NCBI RefSeq assembly: GCF_003019035.1
Contig: NZ_CP027447.1
Origin: Escherichia coli
GTDB taxonomy: Bacteria; Pseudomonadota; Gammaproteobacteria; Enterobacterales; Enterobacteriaceae
Reading direction: 5' to 3' (one strand)
Length of the DNA: 64,000 nt
Part shown: piece after piece, positions 1 to 9,430 of the stretch
Layout of the letters: each line of letters opens with the position of its first letter
Numbering within the stretch: the first letter of the stretch is position 1
Translations under genes and position numbers: made by a program
Notes under the pieces: generated by a model
The model's input: only the letters and a program-made list of their open reading frames with translations
Database searches by the model: none
Told to the model about the DNA's origin: nothing

Positions 1-302
1 CGAAAATAAGCTGAACTGTGGCTGCGCATTCTGGCCACCAGCAAAGGTGGCATTGCCTTTTCGATCGCTGGTAACAACGCCTGAATTTTTTCAACTGCAT
101 CAGGGGTGTCTTTCTCTACCCAGCGGAAAATTTTCTGGGTATTGCGAGCCAGGGCTTCCGGATGGCTGTCGTCATACAGTTCAGGAAACGTCATACCCAA
201 CTCAAAATAAGCCTGGGTTATTCCAGTTGCTGGAACTTTTTCGCCATCAGGACGCGCCCAGGCATTCATCGCCATGCGGATGTGTTCATGCTTGATTTTC
301 AT
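1..302 (-). CDS. YdaT-like prophage protein, N-terminal ~100 codons (gene runs off window)
   Basis: Open minus-strand frame from ATG at 300..302 (MKIKHEHIRMAMNAW...), 17-bp overlap with upstream ydaS-like gene; not in ORF track because no stop in window. Confidence 0.4.
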   Translation of the reverse strand, partial: MKIKHEHIRMAMNAWARPDGEKVPATGITQAYFELGMTFPELYDDSHPEALARNTQKIFRWVEKDTPDAVEKIQALLPAIEKAMPPLLVARMRSHSSAYF

Positions 303-567
303 GAATCAAGCTCCTAGTAAGTGGTTGTGTTAACGTTTTGGTATCTTCCAGCTCGGGCCAAATATTCATCCAATCAAAAGGCCTTAGTTGCTGACGTGTA
401 ACTTCACCATTACTGGCTCGCTCAATAAGGACACATAACGATGCCCCTAACATTTGACCTTTACTCAATGCCTTTCTTAGATAACCGATGCTAGTACCAC
501 ACTCACATGCAAACATACGCTGTTCATCTGACGAAAGAGAATTGAGAAATATTCTTAATTCTTCCAT
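286..567 (-). CDS. YdaS/Cro-like HTH prophage regulator
   Basis: 93-aa ORF divergent from repressor-like gene; small HTH protein ending ...LRPFDW... Confidence 0.5.
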   Translation of the reverse strand: MEELRIFLNSLSSDEQRMFACECGTSIGYLRKALSKGQMLGASLCVLIERASNGEVTRQQLRPFDWMNIWPELEDTKTLTQPLTRSLIHENQA

Positions 568-666
568 AGCTACTCCTTAGTAAACACAGCAAGAATACCT
601 ACAGGTAAACAAAAGTCAATACCCTTGGGTTGTTTACCTTGCGGTAATCGCATCTATTATTTACCT
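568..666. promoter_or_regulatory. Divergent promoter/operator region between repressor-like and ydaS-like genes
   Basis: 10-bp inverted repeat aggtaaacaa / ttgtttacct with 17-bp spacer between divergent starts. Confidence 0.35.
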
Positions 667-1086
667 ATGGACAAATATGAATTTAGACGACAACAACTCA
701 TCAAAATTCGTGATGAGAAATGCGATGGTAAAGCGGTTAACGTGGCCAGAAAGATCGGTCGCGAGCCTTCTTATGTATCAAGAATGTTGTACCCAGAGGG
801 GAAAAAAGGAAAAAAACGGATCGCTGATGATATGGTGGAGATTATAGAAGAGTCCTTTGGGTTACCCCGGGGATGGATGGATGGTATCGTTTCATCATCA
901 ACGAACACAGCCTCCAATTATGAAACAAGGGTTCTAACGCCACGACAACGTATTTTTTTAGATCTCTTAGACGAACTGCCAGAAAGTGAAGCGGATAACT
1001 TATTAAAAACTCTTGAAGAGAAAAAACAGTATTACAATATGATCTACGAAGAAATCCGTAAAAAGAAAGCACAAAACGCATCATAA
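667..1086 (+). CDS. CI/RacR-like prophage repressor (HTH)
   Basis: ORF from internal ATG (MDKYEFRR...); HTH-like segment AVNVARKIGREPSYVSRML; divergent from cro-like gene. Confidence 0.5.
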   Translation: MDKYEFRRQQLIKIRDEKCDGKAVNVARKIGREPSYVSRMLYPEGKKGKKRIADDMVEIIEESFGLPRGWMDGIVSSSTNTASNYETRVLTPRQRIFLDLLDELPESEADNLLKTLEEKKQYYNMIYEEIRKKKAQNAS

Positions 1087-1130
1087 CTCACCAAACAACC
1101 AGTCACCAGTTAAGATACTTCAAAAAAATT

Positions 1131-1165
1131 ACCCACGGGTATTTACTTTTTAAATACCCGTGGGT
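1131..1165. terminator. Hairpin (12-bp perfect stem) downstream of repressor-like gene, A-run 5' side
   Basis: acccacgggtat / atacccgtgggt arms with 11-nt loop. Confidence 0.4.
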
Positions 1166-1349
1166 ATCCTTCCTTTCATACCAACCCACCCCGTCCCACA
1201 GAACGCAGGGCAATACTTCGAGTTACCAGGCAGTGGTCAGGGGGTAAGTAGCCAGCCCGAGGCGTAAGAACATGACGGCAGGGTTCAACTTTAACTATGC
1301 AGCAGGTTTTTGTTCCGCTACCCCGGCGTTAAGGGGAAATGAGGTCAAC

Positions 1350-1505
1350 ATGGATACTATCGATCTTGGCAACAACGAATCTCTGGTGTACGGCGTGTTT
1401 CCCAACCAGGACGGCACATTCACCGCGATGACGTATACCAAAAGCAAAACGTTTAAAACCGAAAATGGTGCCCGTCGCTGGCTGGAAAGAAACTCAGGTG
1501 AGTGA
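1350..1505 (+). CDS. Small prophage protein (51 aa), ydaF-like
   Basis: Internal ATG of track ORF 1272..1505; MDTIDLGNNESLVYGV...; position in early-left region. Confidence 0.3.
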   Translation: MDTIDLGNNESLVYGVFPNQDGTFTAMTYTKSKTFKTENGARRWLERNSGE

Positions 1506-1506
1506 T

Positions 1507-1635
1507 ATGGATTTCGACACAATCATGGAAAAGGCTTACGAAGAATACTTCGAAGGCCTTGCCGAAGGCGAAGAAGCTCTCAGCTTCAGTGAGTTTAAAC
1601 AGGCGCTTTCCAGCTCGGCAAAATCTAACGGCTGA
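1507..1635 (+). CDS. Small prophage ORF (42 aa), acidic
   Basis: ATG 2 nt after preceding stop; MDFDTIMEKAYEEYFEGLAEGEE...; below ORF-track length cutoff. Confidence 0.3.
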   Translation: MDFDTIMEKAYEEYFEGLAEGEEALSFSEFKQALSSSAKSNG

Positions 1636-1664
1636 TAAGCGAAGCAGCACCGCGAGGAATCAGT

Positions 1665-1883
1665 ATGCAGAAACGAGAACCCGTCATCATCGCGCCAGAC
1701 TATACCGATGATGAACTTTATGAGTGGATGCGCCAGAAAATTAATGCAGCGCAGGATCTGAAATGGGCCAATGAAGCCAGGGCTAAGCAGGCTGAAAATC
1801 TGTCCGCTCTGGAGCAGGATATCACCAGGCTGGAAAAAGCAGCGGCATTAAGCATTGCCAGAATGATTACATACCCGCGTTAA
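1665..1883 (+). CDS. Hypothetical prophage protein (72 aa)
   Basis: ORF with AGGAA-type RBS upstream. Confidence 0.35.
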   Translation: MQKREPVIIAPDYTDDELYEWMRQKINAAQDLKWANEARAKQAENLSALEQDITRLEKAAALSIARMITYPR

Positions 1884-2450
1884 TAGCTAACCAACGAAGC
1901 TAAGGTTGGTAATTAAGGAGTTCTCCACGGGTGAGGTGGAGTGCGTGCGCCGGACACGGGTGAGCATCCGGCACTGACAGTTTACTGAAAGGATATTTCC
2001 ATGAAAAGTCAGACCATAACGCGAAAGCGCACGGCGAGGTAGCTGGTTCATAGATAGCCTGTCGTTAAATTTTCGTCGACCGTGCGCTTCCGGTTGTGGC
2101 ACTCCGCGAAATGGCGCGGCGGTAAGTATGGCGGGGTTATTCCTTCCCCGTTGAGGACACCGGGTTGTCAGGTTGACCATACTCTTAAGTGACACCCCCG
2201 CTGCAACGCCCTCTGTTATCAATTTTCTGGTGACGTTTGGCGGTATCAGTTTTACTCCGTGACTGCTCTGCCGCCCTTTTTAAAGTGAATTTTGTGATGC
2301 GGTGAATGCGGCTAAGCGCACGCGGAACAGTTAAAACCAAAAACAGTGTTATGGGTGGATTCTCTGTATCCGGCGTTAATTGTTAACTGGTTAACGTCAC
2401 CTGGAGGCACAAGGCACCGCATCACAAAACTCATTGTTGAGGGCGCGATA

Positions 2451-2639
2451 ATGAAAACGTTATTACCAAACGTTAATACGTCTGAAGGTTGTTTTGAAAT
2501 TGGTGTCAGAATCAGTAACCCTGTATTTACTGAAGATGCCATTAACAAGAGAAAACACGAACGGGAGCTATTAAATAAAATATGCATTCTTTCAATGCTG
2601 GCCCGTTTACGTCCGACTCAAAAAGGATACTGGCAATGA
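2451..2639 (+). CDS. Hypothetical prophage protein (62 aa)
   Basis: ATG with GAGGG RBS; stop overlaps next start (ATGA). Confidence 0.3.
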   Translation: MKTLLPNVNTSEGCFEIGVRISNPVFTEDAINKRKHERELLNKICILSMLARLRPTQKGYWQ

Positions 2640-2827
2640 ATACCACATTTGAACTTGTTCTGACAGTTTTTCTTGTTTCCGGTGAACCGATTGACATGGT
2701 TACTGGCGTATACGGCTCAATGAAAGAATGCATGGCTGCCGCAGCGGAACAGAAAATTCCCGGTAACTGTTACCAGGTCGATAAAGTTATTCACCAGGAT
2801 AATAACGAAATCCCGGCAGGATTTTAA
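2636..2827 (+). CDS. Hypothetical small hydrophobic prophage protein (63 aa)
   Basis: ATG with AAAGGA RBS; translationally coupled to upstream ORF. Confidence 0.3.
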   Translation: MNTTFELVLTVFLVSGEPIDMVTGVYGSMKECMAAAAEQKIPGNCYQVDKVIHQDNNEIPAGF

Positions 2828-2920
2828 AACAGCACCGTAATAAATATCCAGTTTCATTCTTATATGCCAGCAATGGCAGGGATTTGTTCATCCTTAAATC
2901 TGTCATGAGGTTAAAACAAA

Positions 2921-5392
2921 ATGAGTAAAGTCTTTATTTGCGCCGCTATTCCTGACGAACTGGCAACAAGGGAAGAAGGCGCTGTGGCTGTAGCCACAGC
3001 CATTGAAGCTGGCGACGAACGCCGCGCCCGTGCCAAATTTACCTGGCAATTCCTGGAGCAATATCCGGCTGCTCAGGACTGCGCTTATAAATTTCTTGTC
3101 TGCGAGGATAAACCCGGTATACCCCGCCCTGCCCTCGATTCCTGGGATGCTGAATATATGCAGGAAAACCGCTGGGATGAGGATTCTGCTTCTTTTGTTC
3201 CGGTTGAGAATGAATCCGATCCGATGAACGTCACTTTTGACAAGCTGGCCCCTGAAGTACAGAACGCTGTCATGGTTAAGTTCGACACATGTGAAAACAT
3301 CACCGTTGATATGGTTATTAGCGCACAGGAATTGTTGCAGGAAGACATGGCAACATTCGACGGACATATCGTTGAAGCGTTGATGAAAATGCCAGATGTT
3401 AACGCCATGTATCCGGAGCTTAAGCTGCATGCCATCGGGTGGGTTAAGCATAAATGTAAGCCTGGTGCCAAATGGCCCGAAATTCAGGCAGAGATGAGCA
3501 TCTGGAAAAAACGTCGCGAAGGTGAACGCAAGGAAACCGGAAAATACACGTCTGTTGTTGATCTCGCCCGCGCCAGAGCCAATCAACAGCACACTGAAAA
3601 CTCAGCAGAAAAAATCCCCCCTGTCACTGCAGTCATTCGTCGCGAATACAAGCAGACATGGAAAACACTGGATGATGAACTGGCCTACGCTCTCTGGCCT
3701 GGTGATGTGGATGCCGGAAACATTGACGGCAGCATCCATCGCTGGGCAAAAAATGAAGTTATCGACAACGACCGCGAAGACTGGAAGCGTATCTCGGCAT
3801 CAATGCGCAAACAGCCTGATGCCCTTCGCTACGACCGCCAGACTATTTTTGGCCTTGTTCGTGAACGTCCGATCGACATTCACAAAGACCCTGTGGCACT
3901 GAACAAATACATTACTGAATACCTGACTACAAAGGGCGTGTTTGAAGATGAAGGAAGAAATCAGAGCGCAACTGATACTCTCCCGTCGCCAGTACCAGAA
4001 ACTGATGCAGTGGAAACGGCAATTCTGGACAACGAAAAAACCGAATGCAAAGTGGAAGTCGAACCATCTGTAGAGCGTGAGGGGCCGTTCTACTTACTCT
4101 TCACCGACAAGGATGGCGAAAAATACGGTCGCGCAAACAAACTTTCTGGTCTGGATAAGGCACTGGCTGCCGGGGCTACTGAAATCACGAAAGAAGAATA
4201 TTTCGCCCGCAAAAACGGTACATACTCAGGTTCACAACAAAATACTGGTGCATCTGACACGACCGCACAACCAGGGCCGGTAAAAGTTACCGCTGACGAA
4301 GTAAACAAAATTATGCAGGCAGCCAATATCAGCCAGCCTGACGCCGATGAACTGCTTGCAGTATCACGTGGTGAATTTGTTGCAGGGATTAGCGATCCGA
4401 ATGATCCGAAATGGGTGAAGGGGATTGAAACCCGCGATTCTGTGAACCAGAACCAGCAAGAAACGGAACAGAGCGACCAGAAAGCGGAACAAAACAGCCC
4501 AAATACACAACAAAACGAGCCAGAAACGAAACAACCTGAACCAGTAGTGCAACAGGAACCGGAAAAGATCTGCACCGCCTGCGGTCAGAGCGGTGGCGGC
4601 AACTGCCCTGATTGTGGTGCGGTGATGGGCGACGCAACATACCAGGAAACATTCGATGAAGAGAATCAGGTTGAAGTTCAGGAAAATGATCCCGAGGAAA
4701 TGGAAGGCGCTGAACATCCACACAAGGAGAACCCTGGCGGCAATCAGCATCACGCCAGCGATAATAAAACTGGCGAGGCGACAGATCCCTTAATTAAGGT
4801 GAATGGTCATCATAAGCTCACATCCACCAGCAGAGCGGGGATTCATCTGATGATCGACCTTGAAACCATGGGAAAAAATCCCGATGCCCCGATTATCTCA
4901 ATAGGCGCAATATTTTTCGATCCACAAACCGGAGATATGGGACCGGAATTTAGCAAGACCATCGATCTGGATACTGCTGGCGGAGTCATTGATCGTGACG
5001 TCATTAAATGGTGGCTGAAGCAATCACGTGAGGCGCAGTCTGCCATTATGACCGATGAAATCCCGTTAGATGATGCACTACTGCAATTGCGGGAATTTAT
5101 CGACGAAAACTCCGGTGAATTTTTTGTTCAGGTCTGGGGTAATGGGGCCAACTTCGACAACGTGATTTTACGCCGTTCATACGAACGACAGGGTATCCCC
5201 TGCCCGTGGCGTTACTACAATGATCGCGATGTGCGCACAATTGTTGAACTGGGAAATTCCATTGGCTTTGATGTCAGAATGGCTATTCCATTCGAAGGTG
5301 TACCCCACAATGCACTTGATGATGCACGTCACCAGGCAAAACAAGTTTCAGCAATCTGGCAAAAACTGATCCCGAGTCAGGCTGATTTTTAA
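2921..5392 (+). CDS. Prophage exonuclease (823 aa) with C-terminal DEDDh-type 3'-5' exonuclease domain
   Basis: C-terminal motifs IDLETMG, WGNGANFD, HNALDDA; central CxxC-x9-CxxC zinc-ribbon-like motif; Q/E-rich linker; position upstream of xis-int. Confidence 0.6.
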   Translation: MSKVFICAAIPDELATREEGAVAVATAIEAGDERRARAKFTWQFLEQYPAAQDCAYKFLVCEDKPGIPRPALDSWDAEYMQENRWDEDSASFVPVENESDPMNVTFDKLAPEVQNAVMVKFDTCENITVDMVISAQELLQEDMATFDGHIVEALMKMPDVNAMYPELKLHAIGWVKHKCKPGAKWPEIQAEMSIWKKRREGERKETGKYTSVVDLARARANQQHTENSAEKIPPVTAVIRREYKQTWKTLDDELAYALWPGDVDAGNIDGSIHRWAKNEVIDNDREDWKRISASMRKQPDALRYDRQTIFGLVRERPIDIHKDPVALNKYITEYLTTKGVFEDEGRNQSATDTLPSPVPETDAVETAILDNEKTECKVEVEPSVEREGPFYLLFTDKDGEKYGRANKLSGLDKALAAGATEITKEEYFARKNGTYSGSQQNTGASDTTAQPGPVKVTADEVNKIMQAANISQPDADELLAVSRGEFVAGISDPNDPKWVKGIETRDSVNQNQQETEQSDQKAEQNSPNTQQNEPETKQPEPVVQQEPEKICTACGQSGGGNCPDCGAVMGDATYQETFDEENQVEVQENDPEEMEGAEHPHKENPGGNQHHASDNKTGEATDPLIKVNGHHKLTSTSRAGIHLMIDLETMGKNPDAPIISIGAIFFDPQTGDMGPEFSKTIDLDTAGGVIDRDVIKWWLKQSREAQSAIMTDEIPLDDALLQLREFIDENSGEFFVQVWGNGANFDNVILRRSYERQGIPCPWRYYNDRDVRTIVELGNSIGFDVRMAIPFEGVPHNALDDARHQAKQVSAIWQKLIPSQADF

Positions 5393-5450
5393 TGTTCAAC
5401 CCTAATTGCCGCTAACCGTATATAGTTAGCGGCGGTTATGAGATATAGCT

Positions 5451-5654
5451 ATGAGCAGCTTATTTTTAACCGAAGATGAATTGCTAATATTAACGGGCTG
5501 CAAATATGCAAGCCACCAGCGAAAATGGTTAACGGAAAACGGGCTTCCGTTCTATACCAATCGTAGTGGCAAACCGATTGTCAGCCGGGATCTATTTACC
5601 TGCAATAAAACTTTACCACCACGCGAGGTAGAGCCGAATTTTGGTGCGATCTGA
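5451..5654 (+). CDS. Excisionase-like protein (67 aa)
   Basis: Small ORF immediately upstream of and overlapping int (ATGA). Confidence 0.4.
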   Translation: MSSLFLTEDELLILTGCKYASHQRKWLTENGLPFYTNRSGKPIVSRDLFTCNKTLPPREVEPNFGAI

Positions 5655-6679
5655 TGGGAAGACGAAGGAAAAATCCTGAACACGAAAAATTACCTCCAAA
5701 TGTATACCCAAATAAATATAGTTATGTATGGAAACCAACATCCAGAGAATCTGTAACACTAACCGCCATCAAGGATGGTTTAGCTGCTTTATGGAAAAAG
5801 TATGAGGAAACTGTAAATAATCGCGATCGTGCAATGACATTCGGTCGCTTGTGGGAAAAATTCCTCGCCAGCGCCTATTACAGTGACCTCAGTCCAAGAA
5901 CACAAAAAGATTATCTGCAACATCAAAAAAAGTTGCTTGCCGTATTCGGTAAGGTGCCGGCAGATTCCATAAAACCAGAACACATCCGTCGATACATGGA
6001 CAAGAGAGGGGAACAGAGTAAAACGCAAGCCAACCATGAAAAAAGCAGTATGTCCCGCGTTTACAGTTGGGGGTATGAGCGAGGGTACGTGAAGGCTAAC
6101 CCATGTGCAGGTGTAAGTAAATTCAAGGCCAAAAACCGCGAACGATATGTAACCGACAAAGAATACCAGGCAGTATTAAGCGTTGCACCTCTTCCTGTTT
6201 TTATCGCAATGGAAATTGCCTATCTGTGTGCAGCGAGGGTTTCCGATGTGTTATCGCTGAAATGGGAGCAGATTGGAAACGACGGGATCTTTATCCAGCA
6301 AGGGAAAACAGGAAAAAAACAGATAAAAGCATGGAGTCCACGATTACAGGCGGCGATCGAAAAAGCAAAACAGTTACCAACATCCGCCTATGTAATCAGC
6401 AATCAATACGGCAACCGATATATGTACAAAGGCTTTAACGAAATGTGGGTAGAAGCAAGAAATCGCGCAGGCAAAATTTCAGGTATTTTAACCGACTTCA
6501 CCTTTCATGATCTGAAGGCGAAAGGAATTTCAGACTATGAAGGAAGCAGTCGGGATAAGCAACTTTTCTCTGGTCACAAAACCGAGGGGCAAGTGCTAAT
6601 CTATGACAGGAAGGTTAAAGTTTCACCGACACTTGATGTCCCGTTACCTGAAAATATTCCAAGAAAATATTCCAAGTAA
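5654..6679 (+). CDS. int: Phage integrase (tyrosine recombinase)
   Basis: 341-aa ORF ending 53 bp from the tRNA-Ser 3' end; typical lambda-family integrase architecture. Confidence 0.85.
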   Translation: MGRRRKNPEHEKLPPNVYPNKYSYVWKPTSRESVTLTAIKDGLAALWKKYEETVNNRDRAMTFGRLWEKFLASAYYSDLSPRTQKDYLQHQKKLLAVFGKVPADSIKPEHIRRYMDKRGEQSKTQANHEKSSMSRVYSWGYERGYVKANPCAGVSKFKAKNRERYVTDKEYQAVLSVAPLPVFIAMEIAYLCAARVSDVLSLKWEQIGNDGIFIQQGKTGKKQIKAWSPRLQAAIEKAKQLPTSAYVISNQYGNRYMYKGFNEMWVEARNRAGKISGILTDFTFHDLKAKGISDYEGSSRDKQLFSGHKTEGQVLIYDRKVKVSPTLDVPLPENIPRKYSK

Positions 6680-6731
6680 TTCCAAGTGTGATTTTTGTCA
6701 CTGACTTAATGATGTATAAGTGATTGAATTT

Positions 6732-6821
6732 TGGCGGAGAGAGGGGGATTTGAACCCCCGGTGGAGTTGCCCCCACTCCGGTTTTCGAGACCGGTCCGTT
6801 CAGCCGCTCCGGCATCTCTCC
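6732..6821 (-). tRNA. serU: tRNA-Ser (anticodon CGA)
   Basis: 90-nt tRNA with long variable arm; reverse complement reads GGAGAGATGCCGGAGCGG...GGTCTCGAAAACC...CTCTCCGCCA. Confidence 0.9.
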
Positions 6822-6914
6822 GTTCAGATGGTTGCCATGATGCCAGGAAATTTGGCATTTTAACAGTCCCTGTCCGTGCAATTTTGTTCAAGTGACGAGT
6901 TTGCGAGCAAAACG

Positions 6915-7712
6915 ATGATTAAGTGGCCCTGGAAAGTACAAGAATCAGCACATCAAACTGCCCTTCCCTGGCAGGAAGCACTATCGATCCCCCTTTTAAC
7001 GTGTCTGACGGAACAGGAACAAAGCAAATTAGTCACTCTTGCCGAACGTTTTTTACAGCAAAAGCGGCTTGTTCCTTTACAGGGCTTTGAACTGGATTCA
7101 TTAAGAAGCTGCCGGATAGCACTTCTATTTTGCCTACCCGTTCTGGAGTTAGGACTGGAATGGCTGGATGGTTTTCATGAAGTCTTAATTTATCCTGCGC
7201 CATTTGTGGTCGATGACGAATGGGAAGACGATATCGGTCTGGTGCATAACCAACGTATTGTTCAGTCAGGTCAGAGCTGGCAGCAAGGGCCTATCGTTTT
7301 GAACTGGTTGGATATACAAGATTCTTTTGATGCTTCTGGTTTTAACCTGATTATTCATGAAGTCGCTCATAAGCTGGACACCCGTAACGGCGATCGCGCC
7401 AGCGGAGTTCCCTTTATTCCGTTGCGTGAGGTTGCTGGCTGGGAACACGATCTTCATGCTGCAATGAACAACATTCAGGAAGAAATCGAATTGGTTGGCG
7501 AGAATGCGGCGAGCATTGATGCTTATGCTGCCAGTGATCCTGCTGAATGTTTTGCCGTACTTTCTGAATATTTCTTTAGCGCCCCAGAACTTTTTGCTCC
7601 TCGTTTCCCTTCATTGTGGCAACGTTTCTGCCAATTTTATCAACAAGATCCTTTGCAGAGACTGCATCACGCTAATGATACAGACTCGTTTTCGGCGACG
7701 AATGTTCATTAA
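6915..7712 (+). CDS. mtfA: Mlc titration factor A-like protein
   Basis: 265-aa product from MIKWPWK start; HEVAHKLD metalloprotease-like motif; position between serU and asnT. Confidence 0.8.
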   Translation: MIKWPWKVQESAHQTALPWQEALSIPLLTCLTEQEQSKLVTLAERFLQQKRLVPLQGFELDSLRSCRIALLFCLPVLELGLEWLDGFHEVLIYPAPFVVDDEWEDDIGLVHNQRIVQSGQSWQQGPIVLNWLDIQDSFDASGFNLIIHEVAHKLDTRNGDRASGVPFIPLREVAGWEHDLHAAMNNIQEEIELVGENAASIDAYAASDPAECFAVLSEYFFSAPELFAPRFPSLWQRFCQFYQQDPLQRLHHANDTDSFSATNVH

Positions 7713-7765
7713 TTAACAACTTTGCAGATTAATTAACCAATTGAAATGACTTATGAAATTTAGTG

Positions 7766-7794
7766 TTGACAGACAAGGTACCGCTAAGTAATAT
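7766..7794 (+). promoter_or_regulatory. asnT promoter (TTGACA, 17 bp, TAATAT)
   Basis: Consensus-like -35/-10; equivalent elements upstream of asnU, asnV and asnW copies. Confidence 0.5.
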
Positions 7795-7812
7795 GCGCCC
7801 CGTTCACACGAT

Positions 7813-7888
7813 TCCTCTGTAGTTCAGTCGGTAGAACGGCGGACTGTTAATCCGTATGTCACTGGTTCGAGTCCAGTCAGAGGAGCCA
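7813..7888 (+). tRNA. asnT: tRNA-Asn (anticodon GUU)
   Basis: 76-nt tRNA TCCTCTGTAGTTCAGTCGGTAGAACGGCGGACTGTTAATCCG...GGAGCCA; identical copies at 33015, 34839, 37247. Confidence 0.95.
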
Positions 7889-8049
7889 AATTCAAGTTTT
7901 CATGCTTATCCATACGTCTCTATATGTTTACGATTCAGTAAGTTAGCGTGAAAATCCTTCCCGATGCGTATCTGGTTTTCTCTCCGCATCGGGATAATTT
8001 GGTGGTCAGATCTGGGGTCAGTTTGGTTCGATTCTGGAGTGACCCCCAA

Positions 8050-9312
8050 ATGTCTTTAAACGATTCTAAAATCCGCACGTTAAAACCTTCTTCCCGTCCG
8101 GTAAAACTCTCCGACTCTCACGGTCTGTATCTGCTCGTCAATCCGGGCGGTTCACGCATCTGGTATCTCAAATATCGTTTCAACGGAAAAGAATCCAGAG
8201 TCAGTCTTGGCGCATACCCGCTGGTCTCACTGGCAGAAGCCAGGCAGCAGCGCGACGGTATCCGTAAGCTGCTGGCGCAGAATATCAACCCGGCGCAACA
8301 GCGCATGGCAGAGAAAACTGCCTGCTCTCCTGAAAAGTGCTTTAAGGCGGTGGCGCTGGCCTGGCACAAAACCAACAAAAAATGGTCGGCTGATTATGCT
8401 GCACGTATTCTCGCCAGCATGGAAAATCATATCTTCCCGGCGATTGGTCATCTGCCCGTTGCCACTCTTAAAACGCAGGATTTCACTGCTTTGTTGCGGG
8501 TTATCGAGGATAAAGGCTTTCTGGAAGTCGCGTCCCGAACACGGCAGCAACTCAGCAACATCATGCGCTATGCCGTTCAGCAGGGACTTACCGACAGTAA
8601 CCCAGCGCAGCATCTGGATGGCGTTGTCGCCTCCCCCGTAAAAAATCACTACCCCGCTTTACCGCTGGAGCGATTGCCTGAACTGCTTGACCGCATTGGC
8701 GACTACCGGCAGGGCCGGGAGTTAACCCGGCTGGCGGTGGTGCTGACGCTGCACCTGTTCATCCGCTCCAGCGAACTGCGTTTCGCCCGCTGGAGCGAGA
8801 TCGATTTCAGGCACAAAATCTGGACCATCCCCGCCACCCGCGAAGCCATCGACAAAGTACGGTTTTCCGATCGTGGCGCCAAAATGCGTAGTCCGCATAT
8901 CGTGCCGCTCTCCCGCCAGGCCATTGCCATTCTGAAACAGATACAGGAACTTTCCGGTCATCTGGATCTGGTGTTTCCCGGTGATCATAACCCGTACAAG
9001 CCAATGAGTGAAAACACCACCAACCGGGCGCTGCGCCTGATGGGGTATGATACGAAAACTGAAATCTGCGGACATGGACTCAGGGCGATGGCCTGTAGCG
9101 CCCTGGTGGAGTCAGATCTCTGGTCACGCGATACGGTGGAGCGGCAAATGAGCCACCAGGAGCGCAACAGCGTGCGTGCGGCATATGTGCATAAGGCGGA
9201 GCATCTGGAGGCCAGAAAAGCCATGATGCAGTGGTGGTCGGATTATCTGGATGTGTGCCGTGAGGGGTATATTGCGCCGTATATTTATGCCCGGCAGCAT
9301 AAGGCGGCCTGA
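8050..9312 (+). CDS. int: P4-type integrase (tyrosine recombinase, ~420 aa)
   Basis: Start MSLNDSKIRTLK...; C-terminal catalytic region with ...GHGLRAM... and terminal tyrosine segment; adjacent to tRNA-Asn. Confidence 0.85.
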   Translation: MSLNDSKIRTLKPSSRPVKLSDSHGLYLLVNPGGSRIWYLKYRFNGKESRVSLGAYPLVSLAEARQQRDGIRKLLAQNINPAQQRMAEKTACSPEKCFKAVALAWHKTNKKWSADYAARILASMENHIFPAIGHLPVATLKTQDFTALLRVIEDKGFLEVASRTRQQLSNIMRYAVQQGLTDSNPAQHLDGVVASPVKNHYPALPLERLPELLDRIGDYRQGRELTRLAVVLTLHLFIRSSELRFARWSEIDFRHKIWTIPATREAIDKVRFSDRGAKMRSPHIVPLSRQAIAILKQIQELSGHLDLVFPGDHNPYKPMSENTTNRALRLMGYDTKTEICGHGLRAMACSALVESDLWSRDTVERQMSHQERNSVRAAYVHKAEHLEARKAMMQWWSDYLDVCREGYIAPYIYARQHKAA

Positions 9313-9343
9313 ATCAGAAATAACGTAAATCATTAAAAATGTA

Positions 9344-9380
9344 AAAGCAGATCCTGATTGACCGGGATCTGCTTTTTTGT
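9344..9380 (+). terminator. Rho-independent terminator of the P4-type int gene
   Basis: Stem aagcagatcc / ggatctgctt followed by TTTTTT. Confidence 0.6.
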
Positions 9381-9430
9381 ATTGAGAGGTATTGCCGTTG
9401 TTTTTTATTATTATCAATCAGAAAGTATCT

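Larger units (their letters stand above)
1..6731. mobile_element. Integrase-proximal end of a lambdoid prophage (Rac-like gene order) integrated at tRNA-Ser; continues past window start
   Basis: int and xis next to the tRNA-Ser 3' end; RacR/YdaS/YdaT-like module; large exonuclease; short overlapping early ORFs. Confidence 0.7.

Noticed and set aside
47-295. Plus-strand 82-aa ORF at window start
   Set aside because: Lies antisense to a better-supported minus-strand YdaT-like reading frame that starts at 302 and overlaps the upstream gene; no RBS; composition looks non-coding.
1887-2222. 111-aa minus-strand ORF in the prophage
   Set aside because: Opposite in orientation to the surrounding early operon, no RBS; the region may instead be non-coding.
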